Shown here: positions 38,211 to 51,985 of the stretch, piece by piece | Layout of the letters: each line of letters opens with the position of its first letter | Position numbering within the stretch: the stretch's first letter is position 1 | Origin: Carcharhinus amblyrhynchos | Lineage: Eukaryota | NCBI GenBank assembly: GCA_965287045.1 | Contig: OZ336871.1 | Span: 45,818,001-45,882,000, forward strand | Direction: 5' to 3' | Length of the DNA stretch: 64,000 bases | Made by a program: the position numbers and the translations under genes | The notes under the pieces: generated by a model | Database searches by the model: none | Told to the model about the DNA's origin: nothing | The model's input: the letters and a program-made list of their open reading frames with translations, nothing else

Positions 38211-40459
38211 CTAAAGATTCAATCTACCCGTATAGGCCGGTTTTCTCCTCTGGGGGAACATCAAACCTAGTGACTGTTGTGTTTTCTAATTGCTTGTGTT
38301 GTAAATTTTGATTGCTAACATTATATTGTGTTTCAGTGCAGGAACCTCCAATGTAAAGCGGGAGGAAAGTGTTGTGCATTTGAGTTTGTGTCTAGTTGGA
38401 ACAAGATCACTTTAACAATCCAATCATGTGGTCTATTGGTGATGTCATCAGACGTTTTCACGGACAAATGAGCAGTCTATCCCAACAGCCTGTAAACACC
38501 TTTCTAATAAAGTTCTTGTTTGTTTGTACCTTCATCATTTGCAGGCCTATCCTTTAAAAATGCCACAGATTTATTTACTGAATTCAAATTCCACCAGTTT
38601 CCATGATGGGATAAACCAATGTTCACAGAGCATTTACCTTGTGCATTTCTATTACTAGTCCTGTGGCTTATCTCCTATATCATCGTTGCTCCTGGAGTTC
38701 TGACATTTTTAGTGATTTGATACCCTAGCTTGATTATATCTTTGGGCCCAAGGGTAAGGAATGGTGCCCTTTGATGAAATAAGAATGAAAACGTTGAAAA
38801 GCGCACGCACATTTTTATCCACCGTTTGCTTGCACACTGAAGGTTTGTTAAAATGACAAGTACACATTCTGCGAGTTTGGCTGGCTCTCCAAATTTTGGT
38901 TATCTATCAATGTATTTGCTGTGGAACTGGAAACATGAAATGGGAGCAGATGCCATCTCATTAGGGCCTTGGCTGCCCCACCTGGTTCCCTGCTTTCTTT
39001 CATTTCTGTGCCAATGCAGTATGTATTTAACGTGCTACATGCCAGACAAGTCTCACAAAGCTTCTGGAGTGTTTATTCACCTCACAGTATATGCCTCCCC
39101 CAGAACTTGAATGCTGCTTCAGTGACTTAAGGAATGCAGCATTGTTTCACAAAGCTGCAGCATTTGTAAAAACAAATGTAGATTTTTGGCTGGCGATTAA
39201 AGAATACACAACAAAACTTTTGAGCCTTCTCAAGACAACAATATAACGTATGTTGACATTTTCCATGCTATTGCCTTGCTTCCACTAGACCATTTACTGT
39301 TGGTAGCATGCACCATTAAAATGCAGTAATTGTCTTGTAAGAAAGGTCCTACAGCATGTTTCTGTTGAAATGGTGACAAAACTGCCTCTGGGAAAGCTTG
39401 TTGTTATCACTTAAAGGGGTTGTAATTCTTGTTGTGTTCATCTCCGTCTATATTCTCATTACTCTCGCCAAATAAATATTTTTACATCATTGTCTATCGG
39501 ATTGTCATCACTTTGTCATGAGTATTGTCATGCTGATACATTTATTAACATTATAATTCTATCAACAGTTAATATTTGCTCAACTAATCAAACTGGTCTA
39601 TTCTGTATGTGTTAAAGAATCTATTGTATGTTAAGCTTCCACTCAAAGATAACAACATCAGACAAACTTAACTTGATTAATTGATTGTGTAATGGGATAT
39701 GTGAAAACCCTCTTTGTTTCTGCAGGGCAGGAGAGAGGGTGCACTATCTGTATGGATGTTGTGCTGTGAAACTTTCAGTCAGGATGCAATGCTTTAGGTC
39801 AAACCAAAGGCAGCAGTAGGCTAGAGTAAAGACTCTTCATGCTGCTGCACATTGAATAGAGACCAATGACCGCTGAGAGAATCATAAACCTCTCAGTTTG
39901 ATGATCAACTGAGCAGTAAATTAATTAATCATCATTTTATGCCTCATCAAGCACTTTGCTGAGGCTCGCAATGGGAGCCATACAAATTATCCAATGAAAA
40001 ACTGATTGTTTTGTTTAGCTAGGTGAGTGTTCCATGAACAAGGGAGTCTTTGACAAGCTAATAAATATGTCATCTGTCTGTGTCAGTTGCTGTAAGGTCT
40101 CTCCACCTGTAAAATAGTAGGGATTTGCACAGCATGACGGGAGGTAACCTGCACTAAAGAGGATCAGAAAACAATGGTTCGTATATCATTACATTCCCAT
40201 GACAATGTGCTTTTCTGTTGGTCCCTGAGGGAATTACTGTAGTTTATCAGTAAGAAAGCCAAAACTGTGAAGATTTCAAATATTTTATTAGTTATAAAAT
40301 ATAATAGTGAAACTTCTGTTCATATATCAACGTAATCAAGCTTTCACTTACATTACTACTTTATTTGTGTACATATTTTCGTGTTTATTTTTATACACAC
40401 TTCAAGGAGGCTGATTCATTGCCAAAGAATGCAACACATTTCCTCTTTTGCAAGCCCAG

Positions 40460-40820
40460 TGTCAGCAGCAAACACTTCCAGGTCAAGTATGGCATGTAGC
40501 AGATGCAGAATAAAAAAACTTTATATTCTGTCTAAACAACCCAAACCTTAGAAAGGCATTCCCTACTGCAGCATGGTAAACATGATTATTTTCACATTGG
40601 CCATCCTAACGGTTCTCCAAGATTGTTTATTTAATGTAATTTACACCTTTACTGTATGCACACACCACTTAAGAAATGAGATTACCAACACTCATTTCAC
40701 ATTGGACCTTTATATTCAGCAGAGAGCAGATATTTCCATTCCATCTGCCTGGGCTGGATACAAACCAAGGTCCCAGTGATGAAAAGACTGGTTTATAGCC
40801 CAATGTGCTGCTGATCCTCC
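40460..40820 (-). mobile_element. Old SINE remnant
   Basis: Reverse tRNA-like head near 40750-40820; caaacacttccaggtcaagtatggca motif is echoed at 54760. Confidence 0.35.
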
Positions 40821-41416
40821 TTCAAATCACCTTTATAATATTCAGGATAATAACCTGAAAGTTATTTTTGGTGATGGAACCCAATGCATTTTTGTGATAT
40901 CCATTATTTTCATAAAGGAATGAATCAGATGATTTCTGTTAAAAAAAGTTTAACGCCTTCACTAAATTAGCAGACTTTATCATAATCATGCATTGCATAA
41001 ATTGAGTATGCTACATCAAATATCATCAAAAATAATTACAGACTTATAATGTTTCATTTAATTTTATTGGGATATTAATAGGAGTGATCACTACATAGGC
41101 CTTGTGATGATGTCTTCTCACTAGGATATCTTCCATCATGTTGTGTGACACTACCACCATGCTAAATGCGATAGAGTCAGAGAAGATCTAGTAGCTCAAA
41201 ACTTGGCATCCATGAGGCACTGTGGGCCATTAGCAGCAGCAAAATAATATTCAAGCACAATCTAGAATTTTATTCTGTCATAACCATCAAACTAAAGGAT
41301 CAATCTGGTTCCGATACAAGGAGTGCAGGAAAGCATAAGCAGCGTACGATAGAGCAAAGTGATCCCATAACCAATAGAACAGATCAAAGCTCTAAAGACC
41401 TGCCACACCCAGACAT

Positions 41417-41733
41417 GAATCATAGAATCCTCTCAGTACAGAGAAAGGCCATTTAGCCCATTGAGCCTGCACTGACAAACAATCTCGCCCAGGCCCTATC
41501 CCTGCATCCCCACATAAGTAGCTTGCTAATCCCCTTGACACCAAGGGGCAATTTCCCATGGCCAATCAACCTAACCTGCACATCTTTGGACTATGGGAGG
41601 AAACTGGAGCACCTGGAGGAAATCTACGCAGGCAAGGGGAGAATGTGCAAACTCTGGACAAAGAATGACCCAAGGCCAGAATTGAACATGTGTTTCTGAT
41701 GCTATGAGGCAGCAGTACTAACCATTGTGCCAC
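41417..41733 (-). mobile_element. HE1 SINE
   Basis: tcatagaatcc tail through gtactaaccattgtgccac head. Confidence 0.85.
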
Positions 41734-42254
41734 ATTGAACCCTGGTCCTCATGCTGCCAAAGCAGAATGGCAGCGGATAATTAAACAACTACTGGTAAGT
41801 GGAAGATGAGATTCCAAAAATAGCCCCATCCTCAATAATGGAGGAGCTCAATGCATCAGTGCAAAAGTCAAGGATGAAGCATTTGCACCCATCATAAGCC
41901 AAACATGCCACGTGAATGGTCTATCTCGGTCTCTGCCTGAGATCCCCAGAAATACAAATGCCAGTCTTCAACCAATTGAATTCACTTTGCATTATTTCAA
42001 AAAATGGTTGAGTGCACTAAACATTGCAAAGGCTATAGGCGCTGATAACATTCCAGCTCTGGCGCAGACTTGTGCTCTAAAATTAGCCACTTACCCAGCC
42101 AAGCTGTTCCAGTACAGCAGCAACGTGATGGAAATGGTCTTCAGTAGTATTATCAAGCAGCACTTACTCAGCAATGACCTCTGCAATGATTTTTAGTTTG
42201 GGTTCAGCTGAGTCACTCGGCTTCAGATTTTATTACAGCCTTGGTCCAAACATG

Positions 42255-42366
42255 GAACATAAGAACATAAGAACATAAGAAATAGGAGCAGGAGTAGGCC
42301 ATCCAGCCCTTCGAGCCTGCCCCGCCATTCAATAAGATCATGGCTGATCTGTCGCTGCTCAGTTCC
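42255..42366 (-). mobile_element. HER1 3' tail fragment
   Basis: (GAACATAA)n tail; nearly identical to 43430-43515. Confidence 0.85.
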
Positions 42367-43424
42367 AAAAAAAGAGTCAAAATCCAGAGGTGAATTGAGA
42401 GTCCTTTGACGTCCCTTGACATAAAGGCAGCACTTGACTAAGGAGCCCTAGTTAAATTGAAGTTAATGGGAAACAGGGGAAAACTCTTCACTGGTTGGAC
42501 TCATATCTGGCACAAAGTCAGATAGTTGTGGTTGTCTGAGGCCAATCAGCTCAGCCACAAGATAGTGCTGCAGAGTAGTGTCCTAGACCCAAACATCTTG
42601 TGCCAGGCAATGACCATCTCCAACAAGATATAATCTAACCAAGTCCCCTTGATATTCAATGGCATTACAGTCACTGAATTGTCCATTCTCAAAATCCTTG
42701 CGATTACAACTGACCAGGAACGTAACTGCTCCAGCCATACAAATATTGTGTTTACAGGAGCAAGTTAGACATTGGAAATCCTGCGGCAGCTGAGCCACCT
42801 CCTGACTTCCCAAGCCTGTCCACCATTGACAAGGCACAAATAAAGATATGATGGAATATTCTCCACTTGCCTGGATGAGTGCTGCCTCAACAATACTTAA
42901 GAAGGTCAACACTATCCAGAACAAAGTGTACTCTTTCATCAGCACACATCAACCACCTTAAACAATCACTCTCTCCACCACAATGTGCACTATCTACAAG
43001 GCGCACTGCAGCAACTTGCCAAGCCTCCTTCAGCAGTACATTCCAATCCAAATATTTACCATCTAGAAGGACTAGGACAGCAAATACATGGGAACACCAC
43101 CAATTACAAGTTTCCCTCCATTCTGACTTGGAACTGTATTGCTGTTCTTTCATTGTCACTGGGTCTGTAACCTGGACTTCCCTCTACAACAGCAATGTGG
43201 GTGTACCTACATCATTTGGACTGCAGTGGTTCAAGAAGCAAGCTTATCACCATCTTTTCAACGGAAATTAAAAATGACAAACAAATGATGACATTGACAG
43301 TAATTCTCATATTTTTTGATCAAATTTGAAAAAAATACCAATGTCATTCTGGCATTGAAGCATAATGATAATCATTCTGGCACTTCATACTAAGACTAAA
43401 ATGCATCCTTGACAATGTATCATT

Positions 43425-44133
43425 TAAGAACATGAGAACATAAGAAATAGGAGCAGGAGTAGGCCATCTAGCCCTTTGAGCCTGCCCCACCATTCAATAA
43501 GATCATGGCTGATCTGAAGTGGATCAGTTCCACTTTCCCGTTTTTTTCCCCATAACCCTTAATTCCCCTGTCTATCAGAAACCTATCTACCCGTGACTTA
43601 AATATATTTAGCGAGGTAGCCTCCACCACTTCAACGGGCAGAGAATTCCAGAGACTCACCACCCTTTGAGTGAAGAAGTTCTTCCTCAACTCCGATCTAA
43701 ACTGCGCCCTTATCTTGAGGCTGTGCCCTCTAGACCTGCTATCCTTTCTAAGCGAGAAGAATCTCTCTACCTCTACCCTATCCATTCCCTTCATTATCTT
43801 ATACGTCTCTATAAGATCCCCCCTCAGCCTTCTAAACGCCAACGAGTACAGACCCAGTCTATTTAGTCTCTCTTCATAGTCCAACCTCCTCATCTCTAGT
43901 AAGGCCGAGTGAACCTTCTCTGCACTCCCTCCAAGGCCGAGATATCCTTCCGCAAGTACGGCAACCAAAACTGCACACAGCACTCCAGCTGCAGCCTCAC
44001 CAGTACCCTGTACAGTTGCAGCAAGACCTCCCTGCTTTTATATTCTATCCCCCTCGCTATAAAGGCCAACATTCCGTTCGCCTTCTTGATCACCTGCTGC
44101 ACCTGCAGACTGGGTTTTTGCGATTCGTTCGCA
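43425..44133 (-). mobile_element. HER1-type CR1 LINE, 5'-truncated, young
   Basis: ORFs 43896..44144 and 43468..43983 are consecutive ORF2 pieces separated by one frameshift. Confidence 0.95.
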
Positions 44134-44807
44134 AGCTGATACACATACTGTTGCTACTTTGCTAGTTATTGATTGAGGCTTTGGAATTGGATCTCCCAGC
44201 TTTAGGTATCCCAGTTGCTGCTCTTCAACATCTGCTTAGTAAACAAATGTAGAGGTTCCTCCCTTTGTTGGGTATCCAGGAAGCTCTCAAAAATAACAAA
44301 CACTGGACACAACTGGGACCTGCTGTGCTCCTGGGGTCTTGATGTAACCTGGTGTTGTGAGACTTCTCCTGGGGTCTGCCAGTGCTGGACTAACAGTTGC
44401 TGAATAGTAGAGCCCAAAAATAAATTCAGAGCTGTTGAATAGAAAACCAATTTTGAGGGGTTTTCCTAGTCGCTACCAGCAATAAATACACTTTCTAATC
44501 TTTCATGATCTGATTAACAACATCCTATTAATCCCATGAGCTTTCATTGATAAGCACTCATATCAATATGATGAGCCTAATGAATAGTTCACTAAGTATT
44601 CATTTACAATTGCCCAGATTTTGTGGTTGTGATAATGATGAAACTGTCAGAATCCGCTATGATTACAACTGTGAAACTAACTGAAAATTTTGGTTTCCAC
44701 ACATGCCAATTAAACACAGAAGCCCAGAAGTTGCTGTTAGTGGTTCAGGGTGCATTGTTGAAGCTTTAGAAATCACTTGAATTGACATGGACTTCTATTT
44801 TAAAGTA

Positions 44808-45109
44808 AGATTTATTTATTAGTCACAAGTAGGCATACATTCACACTGCAATGAAGTTACTGTGAAAATCCTCTGGTCGCTTCACCCCAACACCTGTTTG
44901 GGTACATTGAGGATCAATTTAGCATGGCCAATGCACCTAACCAGCACAACTTTCAGACTGTGGGAGGAAACAGGAGCACCCGGAGAAGCCCACACAGACA
45001 TGGGGAGAACATGCAGACTCCACACAGACAGTAACCCAAGCTAGGAATTGTACACAGGTCCCTGGTGCTGTGAGGCTGTTGCGCTAACCACTGTGCCACC
45101 GTGCTGCCC
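44808..45109 (-). mobile_element. Alternative-tail V-SINE
   Basis: tttatttattagtcacaagtaggc tail to ctaaccactgtgccaccgtgctgccc head. Confidence 0.9.
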
Positions 45110-46654
45110 ACACGCTGCATATATTTTATTGCTGTAAGTCTTATTTCAAAATTCTGTGAAAAGGTTACACCTTATTGATTGAGGTGGAACTGTGTTTTTT
45201 TTAAGGTGTAGAAGTTACTCATTTATAATTATGAATAAACTGCCTCTTTGGCCCTGAAAAACCCATTTCAGTATTACAGAATATAAAATGCTTCCATTCC
45301 GATGAAAATTCTATAGATGTTTATGAAATTTTAGCTTCTATCTTGATCAAATATGCATTTCCCTAACTTTATTTCACAGTCTATAAAAGTAATTAAAATG
45401 AAGGAATATTAGTGGTTCTTACTTCTATGTTTGCTATCTGTGAGAATTCTTCAATATGAATGGTTGCTTAGCATGCTTGGTGACATCACCATTTCTGGAA
45501 GCTGGAGATGTTGAAATCTAAGGAATGTCAGGAAATGCCACCAAGATTGTGAGATCTTAATGGTCAGTTTTCTTCAACGTTCGTTATCACTTTGCCACTG
45601 ACTGCAAGAGTCAGCCATTTTAACTGTCACGGGATGCGAAAAGTTTTGCTTTACAGCAACAGTGCATTCGGAAGGGGTGATTTTTCCCTTATTGAACCAA
45701 GGATTTTCTGGTATGCCCTTGCAGCATATATACGTGTGCACAAGAATTTGAGAATCTAGTTATAAATGAAACCTGGGCACTATGGGGTTGATTTTGAGCC
45801 CGTACTCTCCATCTGTAGCAATGGTGGCAGCACATGCTCAAAATCCGGAGAGCGCAATTCACACTACTGAGCTTCAATTTTCCTGGTCCCTCACTAGTGG
45901 AATGGTGTGATACACACTGTGGGACTTAGAATGCTTATTTTAATACATTAGCATGTCATTAGTAAGCACAGTCTTTGGATTTTGAGCCCACACAGAATTT
46001 TAAGCTGGTGCCCGCATGACATCACACCAGCGTCATTTGCAACAGTTCTACAGAAGCATGAACCTGGTGCTTTCACTTCTGAAGGGGTTCAAACCGGGAC
46101 CAGGGGCAGGAGTCATAGAACTGCCATTCAGGGAGAGGGTTCGGGAGGGTCACTTGCAGGTTTTATCTTACCTTCATACCCCTTGCTTTAAAGGGGTTGT
46201 GAAGGCTTGTATGCAGGTAGCGTCTCCCATGTCCTCCTTCCTGCATTCCTGTCCATATCACAGTTGAGGGATTGCCCTTCCCTAGTGGGGGCTGGCAAGA
46301 GGGTGGGGAGTACATCGTGCTGCCATTCCCACAGTCAATAGGGAAGAGGCACCAGGAGAGCGAGGTCTTCCCCCAAGTTTGGTGGCATGAACAGACAGGG
46401 TGGTGGCTGTTGATGAACAAAATGAAATTTATGGACAAACATTCAGAACAAAATGGTGACACCTTATTGTAATAGTGCCCATATTCACCCGTGCCCACTA
46501 AATGCCTGGAGTTTCTTAACCTTTCTCACCCTCCCATTACGACTAGGTTTCTTCCCAGGATCCTGTGCCATTCTAATTGCATGGCAGAACAGGCTTGAGG
46601 ACTTAAATGATCTCCTCCTGCTCCTATTTTCTATGTCCTGAAGTGACAGTCAAA

Positions 46655-47190
46655 CTCGTAAGTTCAACCTCAGACACAAGGTACAAGACTCAAAAGTACT
46701 GCAGCCTGGGGAGAGAGTGTGGATGTGAAATCAACAGGGAGGAAACATTGTAATGTAAGAGCTCCACCCTGAGATCTTACAGAATTAAGACAAACCAGAA
46801 AACAATCAAATGGAACCGAAGCACCTTGTCATAATTGAGAAGGAAAGCAATGAATCCTTCTACGTACAATTGAGATCTGGATAGAAACAAGTAACAAGAA
46901 ACAAGTAGAAACTCTACAACCATCAAAGAGAAAGCCATTTCTATTGAATGACAGAAGAATATAATTCATTCTCAACCTTAGAACAAATTCAGGACCAGAT
47001 CAGAGAGATTGGTCAAGGGACCACAGGGACTAACCCTGTGAAGTCTGAGGCTTTTTTGGGAAATATAGGGGGAGTTGTATATAGTTAGCATAAAGACATG
47101 TAGGGGGAGATGTAGAATAGAGAGTTAACATTGGGAGCATCTGTAATGGCTAATATAATGATGATACAATGTTACCTGATCAGGTAACTG
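46655..47190 (+). mobile_element. Gypsy LTR retrotransposon remnant (integrase C-terminus, PPT, start of 3' LTR)
   Basis: RKFNLRHKVQDSKVLQPGERVW..STLRSYRIKTNQKTIKWNRSTL; PPT agggggaga then TGT at 47111. Confidence 0.65.
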
Positions 47191-47479
47191 AGACCTGGTG
47201 GGAAGCAGAAGTGCAACCTCATTCAGAGTACTAAAATGTTCATAGATCTGCAAATAAATAAGATTTTTTCCCCAAATAATAGTCTGTGATGTCATGCTAT
47301 TATCATGATATAATTCCATGGCATATTTACTGGACAAGGTACAAGGCATCAATAATGAATTTGGAAAAAAGTTAGGCCCTATTTTACTATTTTGATTCTA
47401 AGTGCTGGGCAAACTTGAAACTGAGAGTGTTTCAGAGCTGACTTTTAGACCCATTCTCAGGTGCTCCCATACGCACTCT

Positions 47480-47636
47480 ACAGTCCGAAAGATGTGCTGA
47501 TTAGGTGCATTGGCCATGCTAAATTCTCTCTCAGTGTACCCGAACAGGCAATAGAGTGTGGCAACTCGGGGATTTCCACAGTAACTTCATTGTAATGTTA
47601 ATGTAAGCCTACTCGTGACACCAATAAATTAACTTA
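47480..47636 (+). mobile_element. Alternative-tail V-SINE 3' half
   Basis: acagtccgaaagatgtgctg..gtaagcctactcgtgacaccaataaa. Confidence 0.8.
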
Positions 47637-47767
47637 AATTTAAAGATTTGCCACACATTCAACTTCTGGACTCCTGATCTTAGCAATGCTGTCAAAAGAA
47701 ATTGCCAATGTAAGCATACAAAAAAAGGACAATTAGAGGATTAATCATCGAGAGATCTTCACAAGTA

Positions 47768-48325
47768 CAGTGTGGCCCCGTTATAACGTGATGGTTGGGG
47801 TCCATAAAATGTTATCGCGAGAAAAGTGGGGTCGTACTAAATCGGGGTTCAAGAAAATCAGCATTCAAACTGACCCAATGTTGACCTGACATCCTAAAAC
47901 ACCCCTATTATCGCCCTATTTGTCCCGTTTTTTGCATGTTTACCACCTGTAATGTAAATTACCTTTTAATTAAAGAATTTCACAAATAAATTGTTGTTGT
48001 TACAGCAGAAATTAAAACAAAACGTTGCATGTAACTTTTCCTCTTGAGATCCCCAACCACGAAGTGTTGATTCCAGTATCCCGAGGTCTCGTGTAACTTG
48101 AGTTTGACTTTTAGTCTTCATCATGTCAAGTGCGTGAAGCTTATCTTTCACAGAAAAAGATTTTCTTTTTCTAGCAGTTTGTTCCATTTTGATCTAAGAA
48201 AACATGAAATTAACTCACCAAAAACTTTTCAGTTCCCCGGAATGAGCAAAAAAAGGATCCAATGATTCATTGCGTTATATCTGAATTTGTGCTAAATCGG
48301 GGTGTGTAAAATCGGGGTTTCACTG
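47768..48325 (-). mobile_element. Internally deleted Tigger/pogo DNA transposon
   Basis: TA|CAGTG..CACTG|TA; imperfect TIRs; subterminal ctaaatcgggg at 47837 and 48292. Confidence 0.85.
47966..48187 (-). CDS. Truncated transposase ORF: CENP-B/psq-type N-terminal HTH only (73 aa)
   Basis: MEQTARKRKSFSVKDKLHALDMMKTKSQTQVTRDLGILESTLRGW is a typical Tigger HTH; expression unknown. Confidence 0.6.
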   Translation of the reverse strand: MEQTARKRKSFSVKDKLHALDMMKTKSQTQVTRDLGILESTLRGWGSQEEKLHATFCFNFCCNNNNLFVKFFN

Positions 48326-49199
48326 TATATAATCTCAGCAAGTTACCAAACTGGTTTCTTCATGTCCTTAAAAACATAATATTGAGGCAAAGTGATTTTA
48401 AAAACCAGGAGAGAGATTATCAAGTAAATGTTCTATAGCAGTGTGTTATAATGTTCTTCTATTTCTGTCCAGCGTCAATATGCCAGCACCATGGACACTG
48501 GCGTGCAGGAAAACGAACAAAATTACATTTGAATGATACCTTTCAAAGAACAAAACATCCTGTGGCACTTAACAAGGATAGTGGTTGACACTGAACAGGA
48601 AGATGAGGAGGCTTTGGCGGAAATGAATGGACAGAAATCTGAAGAGGGTTTTTACACCTGGAAAAGAGACAGCAATCGAAAAAGGTCGAGATAGAGAATT
48701 TCAGCATGCACAGGTAATGATGGTTTTCTCCCCATCAAAGGCAAAAAGAAGAGAAAGGTAAATTAGAAGTAGACAAAAGGTGGAAGAACAGAGGATGCTG
48801 CAAGATAAAGGGAAGTAATGCAGCATGGAACATTGCTTTGGGCTCTATGAGCAGCCATAAAGCTCTAAAATGACATCCATGGCACAAGGGTGGCACCAGA
48901 TGCCATGTTAGTGAGGGTGTTAGTACGCATGTAGTGACCATCTGCGCAAAGTATGGAATACAGGACGATTATGATTCAATCAGGGCTAATCTGGTGCCAG
49001 AATTTTCATTTTGGAACTCAACACCCGAGGTAACACCATCTCTTAATTACACATGGCTGGGCATATACTCACAGCAGAGAAGATACCCAACCATCATAAC
49101 TTAGAGGAATCAATAGTACTTTCAATTTAGTTGCTGATTGATTTCTACGAAAACTTGCTACAGTTGTTTGGTTCTGTCCAGAGGTTTTGAAAGTCTACG

Positions 49200-49520
49200 G
49201 AGACTGATGTGCCAAGTATTGGAGAACTTTGATGGAGCATTGACAGTCCTGCAGTACTCAGCAAGGCGGGTGTCAAGATTTGTTGCATGCTGCACAACCT
49301 CACCATCAAAACACTACAGCCCTTACCACTGACTACATGGTGAACAACTGAGAAACAGGAGGAGGAAAAGGAAGAGAAAGGGAGGAAGCAATCTATGGAG
49401 CCCCCTTTTTGGCTTGATTTTCCCAAAACAAGTCATTCATTTAGTAATCACAACTCCAATTCTCCATTCACAAACATGTCACATCGTACTTTCCCTCTGT
49501 TACTGACCATCCACTTGCCA
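49200..49520 (+). mobile_element. Harbinger transposase C-terminal remnant
   Basis: LQYSARRVSRFVAC/MLHNLTI followed by an acidic E-run. Confidence 0.65.
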
Positions 49521-50999
49521 CAGTATAAAAATAGAAGTTAACACAAATTAAACTGGAAAGGCTGTAAGGCACAGTGAACAATTTTATATCCCAGCAACAA
49601 TTTGTCAAAACGACTTGAGATCAGAATTATAATTATCTCACATTTTGAAATGATGAGTTGCAATGTGAAATACTCATTCTTTTTAGAACTAAAGAAATGG
49701 TGCACCCTCCAAACCATTTCACTTCAAGCTGGTAGATCATAGCCCAAGTTCTTAGAACTATTTGCTGAAGTAAGTTCTGGCTTGTATTGTTATTTTTTCA
49801 CAAAAGGAACTATTGAACCAATAATTTTGATTGTGTGGTGTCTGGCCCCTTTAAGGGATAAATGTCTGAAAGGGTCATATGATCCAAGTTGACCAATTGG
49901 GAGATGAATTGGAGCTTCACACGTTACCCCACCACCACCCCCCTACCCCCAACTGATCTGGACTTGTCCCAGCAGCTAGACCCAAGAGTCATATCTGGAA
50001 GCATTGAAACTTATCACCATGTAAATAGTTGCTGTTTGTTAATACATACTTATAGTCTGGTCTTAACTGGTGGAGCCAAGTTAGCTTCTTTACGAACGCA
50101 AATCATAAACTGTAATTCAGATCAGCATTTAAGTGATCCAGGCCTAATTCAAGTGACAGTAAATCAACGTTCAATTTAATCAAATTGAATCTTTTTCATT
50201 GTGGGTTGAGTCTATTTCTAAATTTGGATCAATGTAAGTACTTTATCTGTATCAGATTGATCACTAGGTAATTTGCACTTCAGCAGAATTATTTTTGTAA
50301 ACAGTAATACATAAACCCCTTGCTGTGACAAACTACTTGATACCATTTGAAGCTTCATTATCATAACCAGTCGAATTCTTCAGACCTCAATAAGAAAATA
50401 TCCTTTAATTAATCTATCAGAGTTTATAATAATGAGGCTTGGCTGTACTTCAAGCCACAAAAATGAACATGCATAAATAAAAACAGAAATACATCAACAA
50501 CAATACAATGTCATTTTGTACTTGCCATATGCTCTATGTCCATACGGTGATATATACTGAGGAAAGGGCATGCTCAGTGTACTACTTAAAGATTCATCTG
50601 AAATTAGAGATTTAATACTGGACAGTATGAACAAATAATTGTTTCTCTCTGAATATTATCCAATGAAAGAAATACTTTTTCATGCTACTATCTTTCCCAT
50701 CTTTTACCCCACTACATCCCAACTCTTTTCCTTAAGGAATTGAATTTTACTATATAATGTGTTTCCGTTTCAAGTGGCAATAGCTCAGGACGACATTCAA
50801 TTTTCATATATCAGGCCAAAATCTAAATGTTAATACAAATCAACCATGCTGCAATGTATCACGGCTGAGCCAACAATGTACACAGCCAAGGTCTATGCAT
50901 GTGCACTTTGCAGTATGAGTCACTGAGTAAAAGTGGAAACCTGATGCATTTGTTTCTCCAGCTTTGCCAAGGGAAGTTGTGGCTGTTTGTGCTACCTAT

Positions 51000-51492
51000 T
51001 TGGCATTGTCAGCTGCAACTCTCACCAACTTTTGCAGATGCACCATAGAAAGCATTCTTTTAGTTGAATCACAGCTTGATATGGCTCCTGCTCTGCAAAA
51101 GGTCGTGAATGGGACCCAATCCATCACTCAAACCAGCCTCCCATCCATTGTCTCTATCTACACTTCCCACTGCCTCAACAAAGCAGCCAGCATAATTAAA
51201 GACCCTGGACTTCTCTCTTCCACCTTTTTCCTTCTGGAAAAAGATACAGAAGTTTGCAGTCACGTACCAACTAACTCAAGAACAGCTTCTTCCCTACTGC
51301 CATCAGACTTTTGAATGGGCTTACTTGGAATTAAGTTGATCTTTCTCTATACCCTAGCTTTGATTGTAACACTACATTCTGCACTGTCTTGTTTCCTTCT
51401 GTATGAACAGTCTGTTTTGTCTGTAAGGTGCACAAGAAACAATACTTTTCAATTAATACATGTGACAATAATAAATCAAATCAAATCAATTC
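51000..51492 (+). mobile_element. Rex1/Babar LINE 3' fragment
   Basis: LTNFCRCTIESIL..LQKVV..HCLNKAASIIKDP; (AAATC)n tail. Confidence 0.9.
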
Positions 51493-51985
51493 AATGAAGT
51501 CAGTTAACTCAGGGCAGATTGGGGAATTGAAACTGGAAGTTTCTGAGTCTACTTTACAATATATATCACACAGCTAATATTTGGGCTGTGAGAACATTTG
51601 AAGACTTGGCATGAATAACATGTTCAAGTAAAGCTGCATTAATTACTAACAGTAATTATAGAGTACATTTGTGATTGGTTATACAAAGCTCATTTTTGCT
51701 ACTATTTGACCTTAATGACATGCTTTGTCTCTGGCATTGTTCTAAAACAGTAGTGAATCTTTGCGGCAAACCAAAGAGTTATGGTTAGTTCATTTGAATG
51801 CAACATACAAAGTAGAATTGTGAGGATTAGAAGCTTAATTCTTCTACAACAAGATCAAAGTTACACCATTACTGAAACAGTGACTGATGGTTTATAAGGA
51901 TAGTTTCAAGTTACATGATCAGAAATTTGGCGATGCACATATTGAACTGGAGATAATGTAAGGTAGGACTATTAGGAGAATATAA

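Larger units (their letters stand above)
41180..43320 (+). mobile_element. CR1-clade family B LINE, decayed, with nested HE1 and HER1 tail
   Basis: Collinear with 57100-59185. Confidence 0.85.
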
